Shown: positions 18,453-28,337 of the stretch, piece after piece
Layout: each line of letters starts with the position of its first letter
How positions within the stretch are numbered: the first letter of the stretch is position 1
Source of the DNA: Candidatus Enterousia intestinigallinarum
Lineage (GTDB): Bacteria; Pseudomonadota; Alphaproteobacteria; Rs-D84
NCBI GenBank assembly: GCA_018716885.1
Contig: DVJI01000013.1
Location: 10,794-74,793 of the forward strand
Direction: 5' to 3'
DNA: 64,000 nt
Notes under the pieces: model-generated
What the model saw: only the letters and a program-made list of their open reading frames with translations
What the model was told of the DNA's origin: nothing
Databases searched by the model: none
Program-made: the position numbers and the translations under genes

Positions 18453-20432
18453 ATGGTTGAACAAAACACACATTCTTATGATGCATCAGATATCCAGGTA
18501 CTGGAAGGTTTGGAACCCGTACGCCTGCGCCCTGGTATGTACATTGGCGGTACCGATGAAAAGGCGTGGCACCACCTGCCGGTGGAGATTATGGATAACT
18601 CTATTGACGAGGCCGTCGCCGGTTTCGCCAAGAAAATCACTGTAAATTTAATTGATGCAAAAACAATAGAAATCACAGACGATGGTCGTGGTATTCCGGT
18701 TGACGAACACCCAAAATTCCCGGGCAAATCCGCGTTAGAGGTTATTTTAACCACTCTGCATTCTGGGGGTAAATTTAATAATAATGTTTACAAGACCAGT
18801 GGCGGTCTGCACGGCGTGGGCAGTTCTGTTGTCAATGCCCTGTCATCTGAAATGATTGTAACTATTTCACGCGACGGTTATGAATGGACGCAAACGTTTT
18901 CACGTGGCAAGCCAACCAGTAAAATGACCCGCGGCGCAGCCACAAAAAATCACGGAACAAAAATCAGATTTACAATCGACGACGAAATATTTGGCGCCGC
19001 CGCGGTATTCAAACCGGTCAAGATTTACCGTATGGCACGCGCAAAATCGTTCTTGTCACGTGGTGTGCGCATAGAATGGATTTGTAATCCAGAATTATTG
19101 ACCGAAGATATGAACATCCCCGCCCAGACGGAATTTTACTATCCGAACGGCGTGGCGGACTTCCTGGACGAAAAGACCCGCGACAAACCGCGTATTTTGC
19201 CAAAAATATTCAGTGGCACGGTTGATTTTCCCGACGATTCTGGTCGCGTTGAATGGGCATTGACATTTTTAACGGACGAAAACGGCGCTGCGTCGGATGA
19301 TGGATTTTTCGCATCATATTGTAATACTATTGCAACAATTGACGGCGGTACGCACGAAACCGGATTCAAATCCGCAATCACCCGCGGTATCAAGGCATAC
19401 GGGGACAAGGTAAATAATAAATCCGCCGCGTCAATCATCAGCGACGACGTATTTGATTCCGTTGCGGCGATTGTATCAGTGTTTTATAAAACACCACAAT
19501 TCCTGGGCCAGACCAAGGAAAAATTATCCAACCCGGAAATCGCGCGCTATACCGAAAACGCATTACGTGATCCGTGGGAAATGTTTTTGGCGTCCGACCC
19601 AAAAACGGCAAACGCATTACTGGAATTTGTAATAAACCTGGCAAATGCGCGTATAAAAACCAAACAGGTAAAGGAAATCGCCCGCAAAACCCCGACAAAA
19701 CGTATTCGTATGCCGGCGAAATTGGCAGATTGCTCCAAGCACGGTATCGACGGTACGGAATTATTTATAGTCGAAGGTGAATCCGCCGGTGGCACCGCCA
19801 AACAGGCGCGCGACCGCGCGACCCAGGCGATTATGCCCCTGCGCGGCAAGGTGTTAAACGTCATATCAAATTCCGACGAACGCTTCAGCGCGAACAAGGA
19901 ACTAAATGAACTGATTGACATTATCGGTGCCGGCACCGCACGGGATTGGGATGAAAGTAAACTGCGCTATGAAAAAATCATCGTTATGACCGATGCCGAC
20001 GTTGACGGCAGTCATATTGCATCACTACTGATGGCGTTTTTCTATCAGGTTATGCCCCAGTTGATTTACGGTGGCCACCTGTATTTGTCGTGCCCACCGC
20101 TGTATAAACTGACGTGCGGAACCGAATCGGTCTATATCGACACGGACGAAGAACTGGAACAACTGAAAAACACCAAATATAAAAACAAGAAAGTTGAAAT
20201 TTCCCGGTTTAAGGGTCTGGGTGAAATGATGCCCAATCAGTTAAAAGAAACAACAATGTCGCCAAAAACACGGCGTCTGATACGCGTTGACCTGCCACCG
20301 CGCACGGATGACGGTGCCGAAGACACCGAAAAAACACGCACGATTGTATCCGAACTGATGGGTAAAAAACCGGAATTTCGATTCAAGTTCATTACTGAAC
20401 ACGCCCAGTTTGTAAAAGATCTGTTCGTATAA
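18453..20432 (+). CDS. parE: Type IIA topoisomerase ATPase subunit, likely topoisomerase IV subunit B
   Basis: GHKL ATPase, TOPRIM (EGESAGG), C-terminal domain. At 659 aa it fits ParE better than GyrB. Confidence 0.75.
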   Translation: MVEQNTHSYDASDIQVLEGLEPVRLRPGMYIGGTDEKAWHHLPVEIMDNSIDEAVAGFAKKITVNLIDAKTIEITDDGRGIPVDEHPKFPGKSALEVILTTLHSGGKFNNNVYKTSGGLHGVGSSVVNALSSEMIVTISRDGYEWTQTFSRGKPTSKMTRGAATKNHGTKIRFTIDDEIFGAAAVFKPVKIYRMARAKSFLSRGVRIEWICNPELLTEDMNIPAQTEFYYPNGVADFLDEKTRDKPRILPKIFSGTVDFPDDSGRVEWALTFLTDENGAASDDGFFASYCNTIATIDGGTHETGFKSAITRGIKAYGDKVNNKSAASIISDDVFDSVAAIVSVFYKTPQFLGQTKEKLSNPEIARYTENALRDPWEMFLASDPKTANALLEFVINLANARIKTKQVKEIARKTPTKRIRMPAKLADCSKHGIDGTELFIVEGESAGGTAKQARDRATQAIMPLRGKVLNVISNSDERFSANKELNELIDIIGAGTARDWDESKLRYEKIIVMTDADVDGSHIASLLMAFFYQVMPQLIYGGHLYLSCPPLYKLTCGTESVYIDTDEELEQLKNTKYKNKKVEISRFKGLGEMMPNQLKETTMSPKTRRLIRVDLPPRTDDGAEDTEKTRTIVSELMGKKPEFRFKFITEHAQFVKDLFV

Positions 20433-20544
20433 CTAGCATAAATTATAAAGATTTGCTTATACCGTATATGACAAACTGCGCCAAGTTATAATTGACAATT
20501 ATATTTTTTGTATTATATTATAGTAAAACAACAAGGAAATAAAT

Positions 20545-21015
20545 ATGTCTGATAATAAAAAAACAGAAAACGTCGCAAAAATGCGCGAAACTAAAAAGAA
20601 GAAAAATACATACGTTGTACACTTTTCCGCACTGAACAATTTGGAAGTATTTGAATATTGCGACACAACACCGATGCGTGTTGTAACCGTGAACGGCAAA
20701 TCAGTGCAAAATATTGACGGCTGGGCATCTATGACGCAATTTCCGAACCCAGGGGCACACAATATGGTTGCTGCGTTCAAAAAATTACAACCGATAATGG
20801 GTGAAAAATTGGCCAGTACAATTGTTGAATACCTGGACAAGGATACATACGAACCAGTTGCAATACTGTTTCCAACAAATGAAATTATGTGTCGTACCGA
20901 CGTTGTGGACTTTATGAAACGTCTGAATCACGCATCGCGCAAGGATTTGAACCGTCAAATACAAATTCGCGACAGAATGATGCGCAAAATGTTTGAAAAC
21001 AATAAACAAAAATAA
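20545..21015 (+). CDS. Hypothetical protein
   Basis: 156 aa with a basic N-terminus. No family recognised. Confidence 0.4.
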   Translation: MSDNKKTENVAKMRETKKKKNTYVVHFSALNNLEVFEYCDTTPMRVVTVNGKSVQNIDGWASMTQFPNPGAHNMVAAFKKLQPIMGEKLASTIVEYLDKDTYEPVAILFPTNEIMCRTDVVDFMKRLNHASRKDLNRQIQIRDRMMRKMFENNKQK

Positions 21016-21035
21016 TACCCAAAACATCATCTAAT

Positions 21036-21066
21036 AAAAAACACCGGATAAATATCCGGTGTTTTA
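21036..21066. terminator. Bidirectional intrinsic terminator
   Basis: aaaaaacaccggataaatatccggtgtttt. Confidence 0.6.
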
Positions 21067-21084
21067 GTTTTCCCCATCTAGTGT

Positions 21085-22566
21085 TTATTGGATACCGACG
21101 CGGAACTCATCGCCCCAGCCGGCCACTACCTGGCCGCCTATGGTGCATTGTATGTCTTCAAACCCGTTTTCTACCTGGTTCTTTTTTACTACATTACTGG
21201 TTATCAGACCACCGGCCGTACCCAATACAACCCCAGCAATGGAATCAGATAACAGACGCGATGTGTTAAAGTTGCCTTCTTCATTACGCCACACCGTCAG
21301 CTTTAACCCAGACGCTATATCATCCAGTTTTGATACTGCGCTTTCTATACGTTCCCGCGCCACTGCCTGTTGGTCTGTTGTTACAGTTGTTGTACTAGAT
21401 GCGCTGCCACCACTGGTTGTTGCATCGACACAGGCGGTACCTTCGGGATTAAATGTTTTACCAACCTCCATACAATAACACTGACCCGTTGTATAATTCC
21501 AGTTTGCACCAGTTATCAGCAAACATTTCTGAATTGCCGGATTCATTGCACAAACACTGCCGTTCCAAGAATACTGCTGATTGGTGCAACGACACTGTTT
21601 ATTCACGTCATCCCAATACGCGCCCGATGCGATACTGGCCTGCGATGTGCATTTTTGTTGCAATGCGGCCGCATCGGTCAAATCACATCTGTCGCCATTG
21701 CGTACATAATTTACATCATCCAAACATACACAGACATTATTTTCCACACGCAGATTTTTTGCACTGTCGCAAGCACACGCGCCGCCCGTCCACACTCCGC
21801 CGGAATTTTCACAGGCCGCCTTGCGTTGCTGGTTCAGGCGATTATTTTCCTCCTCGCGACGTCTGCGGTTTTCTTCATCTATAACAGATTGCTTTTTATT
21901 GCACTGCTTAGCCGTGGCATCAAATTCATAATCGCTGCTGATACATTCACAGGCCCCGCCACCGGAAACCAAACGCAGATTTTTTGCACTGTCACAAGTA
22001 CACGCGCTGCCCGTCCACGCTCCGCCGGAATCGACACAACGCTGCTCGCGATTATCTGCTATACATTCTGTTTTGGCGGCATTCGGCATATAACCAGAAT
22101 TGCATTTTACATATATACAGGATGCCCGACCAATAAAGGCCTCCAAATCACCCAAACTAAATGAAGAAGTCGCGACACCGTCAATACGGTATGTTTTCTT
22201 TGCATTAATTAAACTTATACCACCAAGACCACTGCCCGATTGTAATTCCGAATCTTTACAAAAATGTCCCGGCTCATAATTTACAAATTTATTTGTGAAC
22301 CCGGTTGAACATTGGTACAAACCAACTACATCCCCAACCCCGTCAAGATACGGGACAACTTCATCATCACTGCAGGAATTTGGCCCTGGCCCGCAAAACC
22401 AACACTGATTACCCCCAATATCAGCGGTAAGCCAAGCATTAGGATCGAAGAAACTTGTATCACCACAACTTAACAAAGTGCATTTTGCATCCGCATTATG
22501 TGGCAGAACCGCAAATCCGCACAATATCACTACGAACAACAATAATTTTTTCATATTCTCCCCCAT
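21085..22566 (-). CDS. Large secreted Cys-rich repeat protein with a C-terminal hydrophobic anchor
   Basis: Signal peptide MKKLLLFVVILCGFAVLPHNADA. A CNSGY motif. Two near-identical CENSGGVWTGGACACDSAKNLRV repeats. 37 Cys. Confidence 0.6.
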   Translation of the reverse strand: MGENMKKLLLFVVILCGFAVLPHNADAKCTLLSCGDTSFFDPNAWLTADIGGNQCWFCGPGPNSCSDDEVVPYLDGVGDVVGLYQCSTGFTNKFVNYEPGHFCKDSELQSGSGLGGISLINAKKTYRIDGVATSSFSLGDLEAFIGRASCIYVKCNSGYMPNAAKTECIADNREQRCVDSGGAWTGSACTCDSAKNLRLVSGGGACECISSDYEFDATAKQCNKKQSVIDEENRRRREEENNRLNQQRKAACENSGGVWTGGACACDSAKNLRVENNVCVCLDDVNYVRNGDRCDLTDAAALQQKCTSQASIASGAYWDDVNKQCRCTNQQYSWNGSVCAMNPAIQKCLLITGANWNYTTGQCYCMEVGKTFNPEGTACVDATTSGGSASSTTTVTTDQQAVARERIESAVSKLDDIASGLKLTVWRNEEGNFNTSRLLSDSIAGVVLGTAGGLITSNVVKKNQVENGFEDIQCTIGGQVVAGWGDEFRVGIQ

Positions 22567-22702
22567 TTATGCCGAAAATAAAGGTTGGTTTATTTTGGCA
22601 CCATAAACTCACATTTATTAGTTGTATTTTATCATATTTTCTGCGTAATTCCAATATTGAATTTATATCATATAAAAAAGCGCCGCGTTCGCGGCATAAC
22701 TT

Positions 22703-23983
22703 TTATTTGCAATCTGCAATCAACTGATTGATTTGTGCGGCCAGAACCAAATCGGACTTTTTTAATTTTTCAACCTGCCCTATCGCATAGACAACTGTTG
22801 CGTGATCACGGTCACCGCACACACGCCCTATTTCCGTCAGCGACATATTTGTCGCATTTTTCAATACCACCATCATCATCTGACGCGCCAGAACAACCGC
22901 GCGACTGCGACCCTTGCCACAAACGGCATCATATGATACCCCCAATTTTTCACACATTGATTTTACCATCGCAATCGGTGTCTTGGATTTCTGTAACGTG
23001 TCCGCCAACAAATGCTGAGCAACGTCCATTGTTACCGTGGTACCCATCAATTCCGCATATGTCTTGATTTTCATTGCGACACCACCAATCAGATGGCCGT
23101 CACCCGCAATGCGCGACGCAATCGTATCCGCAACATCCGACGCCACACCCGCACGCATCAGCATAACACGCTTTACATTTGCGGTCGGCGCCGCCACGTC
23201 CGCCACCAAGCCAGACGCCAACAGGGACTGAATACGACGATCAAACCCGGTCAGGTTACCCGGCGCCGCGTTTGCTGTTAAAACAATATTTTTACCCGCC
23301 GCGCGCAAATCCATAACCAACTGTGCAAATTCTTCACAGGTCGCACGCTTGCCAGCCAATGCCTGAACATCGTCCAGAATAAATGTGTTACAATTACGAC
23401 AGAAATCTTTGAACGCAAAAACTGTTCTGTCGTGCAGGCTGCGGGTAAATTCGGACACAAACTGACCGCCAGACATTTTGATTGTACGACCCGCCGAAGC
23501 AGTTTCTATACAATCGGCCAACATTGATTTACCACAACCAGCCGGCCCATAAATAAACAGCGGCGAGAAAGAAACCGCACCCGCCGCCAATTTTTTGCAC
23601 GCCGACAATACGAACGTGTTTTCATCACAGCACACAAACGCATCAAATGCATCTGCTGCACCATTGTGTGCAACAACCGGGGTCGCCGGCGCAAATGACT
23701 GAACATTGTTGTCATTTGCAATTTGCGCCACCGTCGCGCCACGAACAGCAATCTGAACCCCCAGTCCGAATTGCGCCGCCACCGCAGTCAAAACGTTTTT
23801 ATGTGCACTGCCAATATAGTCGGCTGAAAATTGATTTTGTGCAGTCAGCACCAGCGTATTATCACGAACATCAAACTGTAACGGTGCAATCCAGGAAGTA
23901 AATGCGACAGAATCCATTTTTGCGGCGACGGCCTCCTTGATTTGTTCCAAGTTAGTCATTTTTGTCATTGCCGCTGCCTGCAT
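22703..23983 (-). CDS. dnaA: Chromosomal replication initiator DnaA
   Basis: AAA+ Walker A GPAGCGKS. C-terminal HTH VCGDRDHATVVYA. Confidence 0.9.
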   Translation of the reverse strand: MQAAAMTKMTNLEQIKEAVAAKMDSVAFTSWIAPLQFDVRDNTLVLTAQNQFSADYIGSAHKNVLTAVAAQFGLGVQIAVRGATVAQIANDNNVQSFAPATPVVAHNGAADAFDAFVCCDENTFVLSACKKLAAGAVSFSPLFIYGPAGCGKSMLADCIETASAGRTIKMSGGQFVSEFTRSLHDRTVFAFKDFCRNCNTFILDDVQALAGKRATCEEFAQLVMDLRAAGKNIVLTANAAPGNLTGFDRRIQSLLASGLVADVAAPTANVKRVMLMRAGVASDVADTIASRIAGDGHLIGGVAMKIKTYAELMGTTVTMDVAQHLLADTLQKSKTPIAMVKSMCEKLGVSYDAVCGKGRSRAVVLARQMMMVVLKNATNMSLTEIGRVCGDRDHATVVYAIGQVEKLKKSDLVLAAQINQLIADCK

Positions 23984-24365
23984 TTGTTTTCTCCTTTCCT
24001 TCCCTTCAAAAGAGTTTCCCGTCGCCGCGCAAGAGTATAAAAATCACCTGCACATAAACGCTAAATTTTACTGCGACCACATACTTATATATATATTCGC
24101 AACATAAAAATTTAGTGTTTATGTATTGCCCTACTTTTAACTCTCTCGCTTTTGTTCGGTGTGATAACAATTTTATTTGTCACCCCGCCGATTTGTTTGA
24201 TTGGGATTGCTCTCAATCGTTTTGGATACGTCAAATAAGTTAAATGATATATCCCGTTTTGCAACCAATTGTTAAATGAATTTTGAACATTTATTTTTTG
24301 ACAACGATTCGTTTTTTTGCCAGATTTCCGCGGTTTGTATATACAATGTATAGACAAGATTTTTT
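23984..24365. other. Candidate oriC region upstream of dnaA
   Basis: AT-rich 380-nt intergenic region with imperfect DnaA-box-like 9-mers (tgtgataac, ttggatacg). Confidence 0.25.
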
Positions 24366-25394
24366 TCACGCGCGAACATATCCACCGTCAACTTTTCGCA
24401 CTAAACCCCGCAATTCCAAAATAACCAATTCTGTTTTTATTTCCGAAATAGTTTTTTTGACAATTTCTGACAATACAGATTCAGACACAGGAATTGTTCC
24501 CAACGCATCAAGAATTAAATTTTCCGAATCGAAATTTTTATCAATTTTTTTCATATCGGACAGATTTTTATCCGATTCAAAAAAATCTGACGGCCCACTG
24601 CACAATTTCGCAGCACCAGATTTTATCAGCATATTCGGCCCAGCCGCCCGGGAATCCGACGGGTGTGACGGGATTGCCCAAATTTCCCGATTCGATTCGT
24701 ATGCGAATCGGGCGGTTTTCATACTGCCTGATTTCAAATCTGCTTCACCCAGAATCAATTTTTGGCCAATACCAGCAATCCATCTATTTCGCATAACAAA
24801 GTTTGACGCCACTGGCGTAAATCCGACTGGCATTTCACTTATCACCGCGCCACGCGCCACAATTTCCCAATATAACGATTCGTTTTCCATTGGCCATATA
24901 TAATCCACCCCACCGGCAACAACGGCGATTGTTTGCATATCACCAGCCACACGCAATGCACCACGATGCGCCGCCGCATCTGTTCCCATCGCCATTCCTG
25001 ACACAACCGCTGTTCCGTGCGATGCGAACGCGTGCGCGATTTGTGCGGTTAAATTCATTCCAGCCGCGGTCGCGTGACGCGTACCAACGATTGCCACAGT
25101 CGGCCGTGTCAATGTCATAACATTACCACGCACACATAAAACCGGCGGATGCAACTTCATCGCGCGCAGTGCGGGCGGGTATTCCGGCATATCGTCACAT
25201 ATATAATGTACGCCCAGTTCATTAGCACGCGCCATTTCACGCAAGACCCGATCCCGCATACCCACATCCGCCCGCAGGGACGCCGCCGCGTCAAACACAT
25301 TGCCAAAGCGTTTAATCAATTCGCTGTAATGCGCCGGCCCGATATTCGGTGTGCGCAATATCAACAATCGATTAAAAAGTTCGTTATTTTCCAT
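24366..25394 (-). CDS. dprA: DNA processing protein DprA (Smf)
   Basis: Rossmann-like DprA domain and C-terminal winged helix. Confidence 0.85.
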   Translation of the reverse strand: MENNELFNRLLILRTPNIGPAHYSELIKRFGNVFDAAASLRADVGMRDRVLREMARANELGVHYICDDMPEYPPALRAMKLHPPVLCVRGNVMTLTRPTVAIVGTRHATAAGMNLTAQIAHAFASHGTAVVSGMAMGTDAAAHRGALRVAGDMQTIAVVAGGVDYIWPMENESLYWEIVARGAVISEMPVGFTPVASNFVMRNRWIAGIGQKLILGEADLKSGSMKTARFAYESNREIWAIPSHPSDSRAAGPNMLIKSGAAKLCSGPSDFFESDKNLSDMKKIDKNFDSENLILDALGTIPVSESVLSEIVKKTISEIKTELVILELRGLVRKVDGGYVRA

Positions 25395-25491
25395 AGTGTC
25401 ACTATAAGAAATTTGTCTTATATAAATAAAGCCGTATTTTCAAAAAACATCCCGCGGACACGCCGCGGGATAATATTCAGTACTTTTATAA

Positions 25492-26370
25492 TCAGTTCTT
25501 TGCGTTCAACAAATATTCATAATTATATTCTTCACATTCCGCTGGTTTATTGTCCCCAGTCCAACCTTCACATTCATCGCGCAGTTCTTCCAACGCATCC
25601 ATAAACTGATCAAACTCGTTCGGGCTTTGATTTTTCAATGCACGCAACTGAGCCAGCAACCGTGCATCGCCCTGTAATGCCTTTTGCCCCATAACACTGC
25701 CACCAATCAGACGATTACCGAACAGTTCCATCGCACCGACACCGATACCCGCACCACCGACAACACCACCAACGGTTGCCCAGGTGCGCGCACTTTTCTT
25801 GGCGTCCAAAATACGCTGACGCAATGTTTCTTCATCTGCCCAATTACCACAGGTTATATTTTGCCCCATTTGGAAATATTTAGTCGGCACATCTGAAACA
25901 TTTATTCTGGAATCGTTGGATTTAACCTCTACCAAAACGAAGCAGACATTATTTTCAGGATTGCTGACATCTTCTACCATAGACGCATAGTTATTCGTAT
26001 TGCTGTACCGTGACGCCCAGACAAAAGTATTACCGACGCCGATATTATTGCTTAAACAGGCGCGTTTTTGCCGTTCAATTTCAGCCAGCGCATCATCATT
26101 TTCATTATCATCGCCACCATTGTCAGTCGAGTTTTCTGTTCCCACCGGCACGCGTATACTGGACATATCAGTTGTCGCAGCGGTCGTATTAGACACAGAC
26201 ACATTATTAGCATTTGCCATCGCAGTAATTTGATTTGTGGACGCAGTTGCGCGCGGTGCCGGTGCCACCAGTTGCGATGTCATTGAACGGCGCGACTGCC
26301 CCGCAGGCGTCAAAGCAAACGCCGGTGCGGCGATTAAAGATATTGCAATCCAGGATATAAATTTTTTCAT
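25492..26370 (-). CDS. Secreted hypothetical protein with a Gly-zipper segment
   Basis: Signal peptide MKKFISWIAISLIAAPAFA. Acidic and Asn-rich. GGVVGGAGIGVGA segment. Confidence 0.45.
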   Translation of the reverse strand: MKKFISWIAISLIAAPAFALTPAGQSRRSMTSQLVAPAPRATASTNQITAMANANNVSVSNTTAATTDMSSIRVPVGTENSTDNGGDDNENDDALAEIERQKRACLSNNIGVGNTFVWASRYSNTNNYASMVEDVSNPENNVCFVLVEVKSNDSRINVSDVPTKYFQMGQNITCGNWADEETLRQRILDAKKSARTWATVGGVVGGAGIGVGAMELFGNRLIGGSVMGQKALQGDARLLAQLRALKNQSPNEFDQFMDALEELRDECEGWTGDNKPAECEEYNYEYLLNAKN

Positions 26371-26444
26371 CTCTCGTTCCCTGTTTTTATCCCTTTTATT
26401 ATACCACAAAACGGCCATAAAATAAAGAATAAAAGCACGAAAAA

Positions 26445-26488
26445 ACAATGCGCCGAAGATTTTACGGCGCGTTGTTTTTTATTTTTTC
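26445..26488. terminator. Bidirectional intrinsic terminator
   Basis: aacaatgcgccg...cggcgcgttgttttttatttttt. Confidence 0.55.
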
Positions 26489-27072
26489 CATTTCCATTCT
26501 ATTTTTGATTCGGTTCCCGACAGCAGTCGTCCTATATTTGCACGGTGCCGCCACAGGCACAACAACGCGATAGCCAAAAACGGCCACCCCATTTGCACAC
26601 CGATTACAAACCCCAAAACCGGCATCAAGCAAAACGCAACCACGGCCCCCAGTGACGAATATCCAGACGACAGGGCCACAATCAACCATTCAATTCCACA
26701 CGTTATAAACGCCAGTGGCGATGTTGCCAACAATACACCGAACAGCGATGAAATCCCCTTGCCCCCGCGGAAACGCAGCCAAACAGGATAGCAGTGCCCA
26801 ACAATCGCCGCAAACCCACACCAGGCCCCGAACACTTCGCCACCAATATATTTACCAATGAATACGGCAGCAATCGCTTTTGCCATATCCAGAATCCAGG
26901 TTGCGGCCGCGGCACGCAATCCGCCAACACGCATAACATTAGTTGCACCAATATTACCACTGCCGACCTTGCGTAAATCGCCCTTGCCCATTAAACGCGT
27001 CAGAATCAGTCCCATTGGAATTGAACCCAACAGGTAAGAAACCACAATACCGATAATATAAAGCCATATCAT
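26479..27072 (-). CDS. plsY: Glycerol-3-phosphate acyltransferase PlsY
   Basis: 197 aa. GSGNIGATN motif. Confidence 0.85.
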   Translation of the reverse strand: MIWLYIIGIVVSYLLGSIPMGLILTRLMGKGDLRKVGSGNIGATNVMRVGGLRAAAATWILDMAKAIAAVFIGKYIGGEVFGAWCGFAAIVGHCYPVWLRFRGGKGISSLFGVLLATSPLAFITCGIEWLIVALSSGYSSLGAVVAFCLMPVLGFVIGVQMGWPFLAIALLCLWRHRANIGRLLSGTESKIEWKWKK

Positions 27073-27145
27073 TTTATTTTTCCTTGATTTTATGTTTGTT
27101 TTCTATAAAATAGCAAAAAACGTGACTAAATAAAAGGAAAATAAA

Positions 27146-27406
27146 GTGGCAAATCACAAGTCATCTAAAAAAAGAATTCTGGTGACGGAAAAGAAAAACG
27201 CCGTCAATAACTCTCGTCGCAGCGCGGTTAAAACCGCCGCGAAAAAGGTTCTGATCGCCGTTGAATCCGGTGACAAGGCCGCGGCCACGGTCGCTGTACG
27301 TAACGCGGAAAGCCGTATTATGAAATCCGCTGGCAAAGTTATGCCGAAAAAGCGCGCCGCGCGTAAGATTTCTCGTTTGACCAAACGCGTTGCCAAAATG
27401 GCGTAA
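27146..27406 (+). CDS. rpsT: 30S ribosomal protein S20
   Basis: 86 aa. MANHKSSKKR... Confidence 0.9.
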   Translation: MANHKSSKKRILVTEKKNAVNNSRRSAVKTAAKKVLIAVESGDKAAATVAVRNAESRIMKSAGKVMPKKRAARKISRLTKRVAKMA

Positions 27407-27455
27407 TTGGTTTTCAGAATTCTGGATTCGAAAAATCGCCCAGTTGGGCGATTTT

Positions 27456-27977
27456 TTATTCGGTATAATAACACTTTGGATCATATACAAAAGAACCAGT
27501 TGAATCAGATCCTGATGCAATATAACAATCTGTTATTTTTGTACTGCCCGCAGTGGACATTCCGCCGTCTGGACACCTTGTGCAGTTTGCACTGGTTGGC
27601 ACAGTGATACTTGTAGTCAGATTCACACCATAATACCCCATAGTACATCGTACTTGATATCGTGGTGAACACTCACACGTTAAACGATTTTGAGAATAAC
27701 TGGAAATCTTATACTGCCACCCTGTCCCGCCAACACGCCAAATATTTGACACTGTTGGGCACGGATCACAATCGGGGTCATCAATATCACCCCCGCCAGG
27801 GTCAGGCGTTGGACATCCCGCTTGTTCACAGGTTTCTGTTGACAACCGGCAACAAGGGGCCGAACCAGCCGTCACAGGACATTGAATAGAATATATTCCC
27901 GAACAAGTTCGCCCAACGGCATCGGCAACAAACGCGCACGCAACTGCTGCGCTGACAATAAAACAGCTACATTTCAT
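27456..27977 (-). CDS. Small secreted Cys-rich protein, family member 5
   Basis: Signal peptide MKCSCFIVSAAVACAFVADA. Motifs CTMGYYG, CTRCPDGG, ITDCYI, C-terminal KCYYTE. Confidence 0.6.
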   Translation of the reverse strand: MKCSCFIVSAAVACAFVADAVGRTCSGIYSIQCPVTAGSAPCCRLSTETCEQAGCPTPDPGGGDIDDPDCDPCPTVSNIWRVGGTGWQYKISSYSQNRLTCECSPRYQVRCTMGYYGVNLTTSITVPTSANCTRCPDGGMSTAGSTKITDCYIASGSDSTGSFVYDPKCYYTE

Positions 27978-28000
27978 TTTCAATTCCCTTTTGTTTTTGT

Positions 28001-28030
28001 TAAACAAAAAACCGCCACGGAATTGGCGGT
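28001..28030 (-). terminator. Intrinsic terminator on the minus strand
   Basis: Minus strand reads ccgccaattccgtggcgg + ttttttgtttt. Lies about 35 nt upstream of the member-5 start codon. Confidence 0.5.
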
Positions 28031-28291
28031 CGGGGATTGAAAAATCATATTTAGGAATGACCCCGCGATTTTTATGGTTTCCCACTGTTGTATAATCGCG
28101 AACCCCCGACCGGTTAAACAGTCGGGCGATAAAACATACGGCGCAAACCCGCGCCGACGCTTTGTCAGTCGGATTACAATGCGATAACCGCATTGCCTAA
28201 ATACAGGATTTTTCAGGTCCCGAACCCAAATCCCTTTGGATTCAATATTCAGTATATTTTAACGTTCCAATAAAAACAAGACATTTAATCA
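28031..28291 (-). ncRNA. Candidate small RNA (unclassified)
   Basis: 260-nt structured, non-coding stretch bounded by two intrinsic terminators. No ORF and no RBS. Confidence 0.2.
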
Positions 28292-28327
28292 AAAAAAAAC
28301 ACCATCATATGATGGTGTTTTTATTTT
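28292..28327. terminator. Bidirectional intrinsic terminator after the secretin gene
   Basis: aaaaaaaaacaccatcatatgatggtgtttttatttt. Confidence 0.65.
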
Positions 28328-28337
28328 ATTGTTTGCA

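Noticed and set aside
22570-22582. Third copy of the cassette start (tttatgccgaaaa)
   Set aside because: Only a 10-nt match, on the opposite strand relative to the adjacent gene. Likely chance.
28031-28291. tmRNA or SRP RNA assignment for the candidate sRNA
   Set aside because: No convincing tRNA-like acceptor or T-arm, no tag-peptide reading frame (the best frame ends ...GNAVIAL*, which is atypical), and no SRP domain-IV motif. Left as an unclassified candidate.
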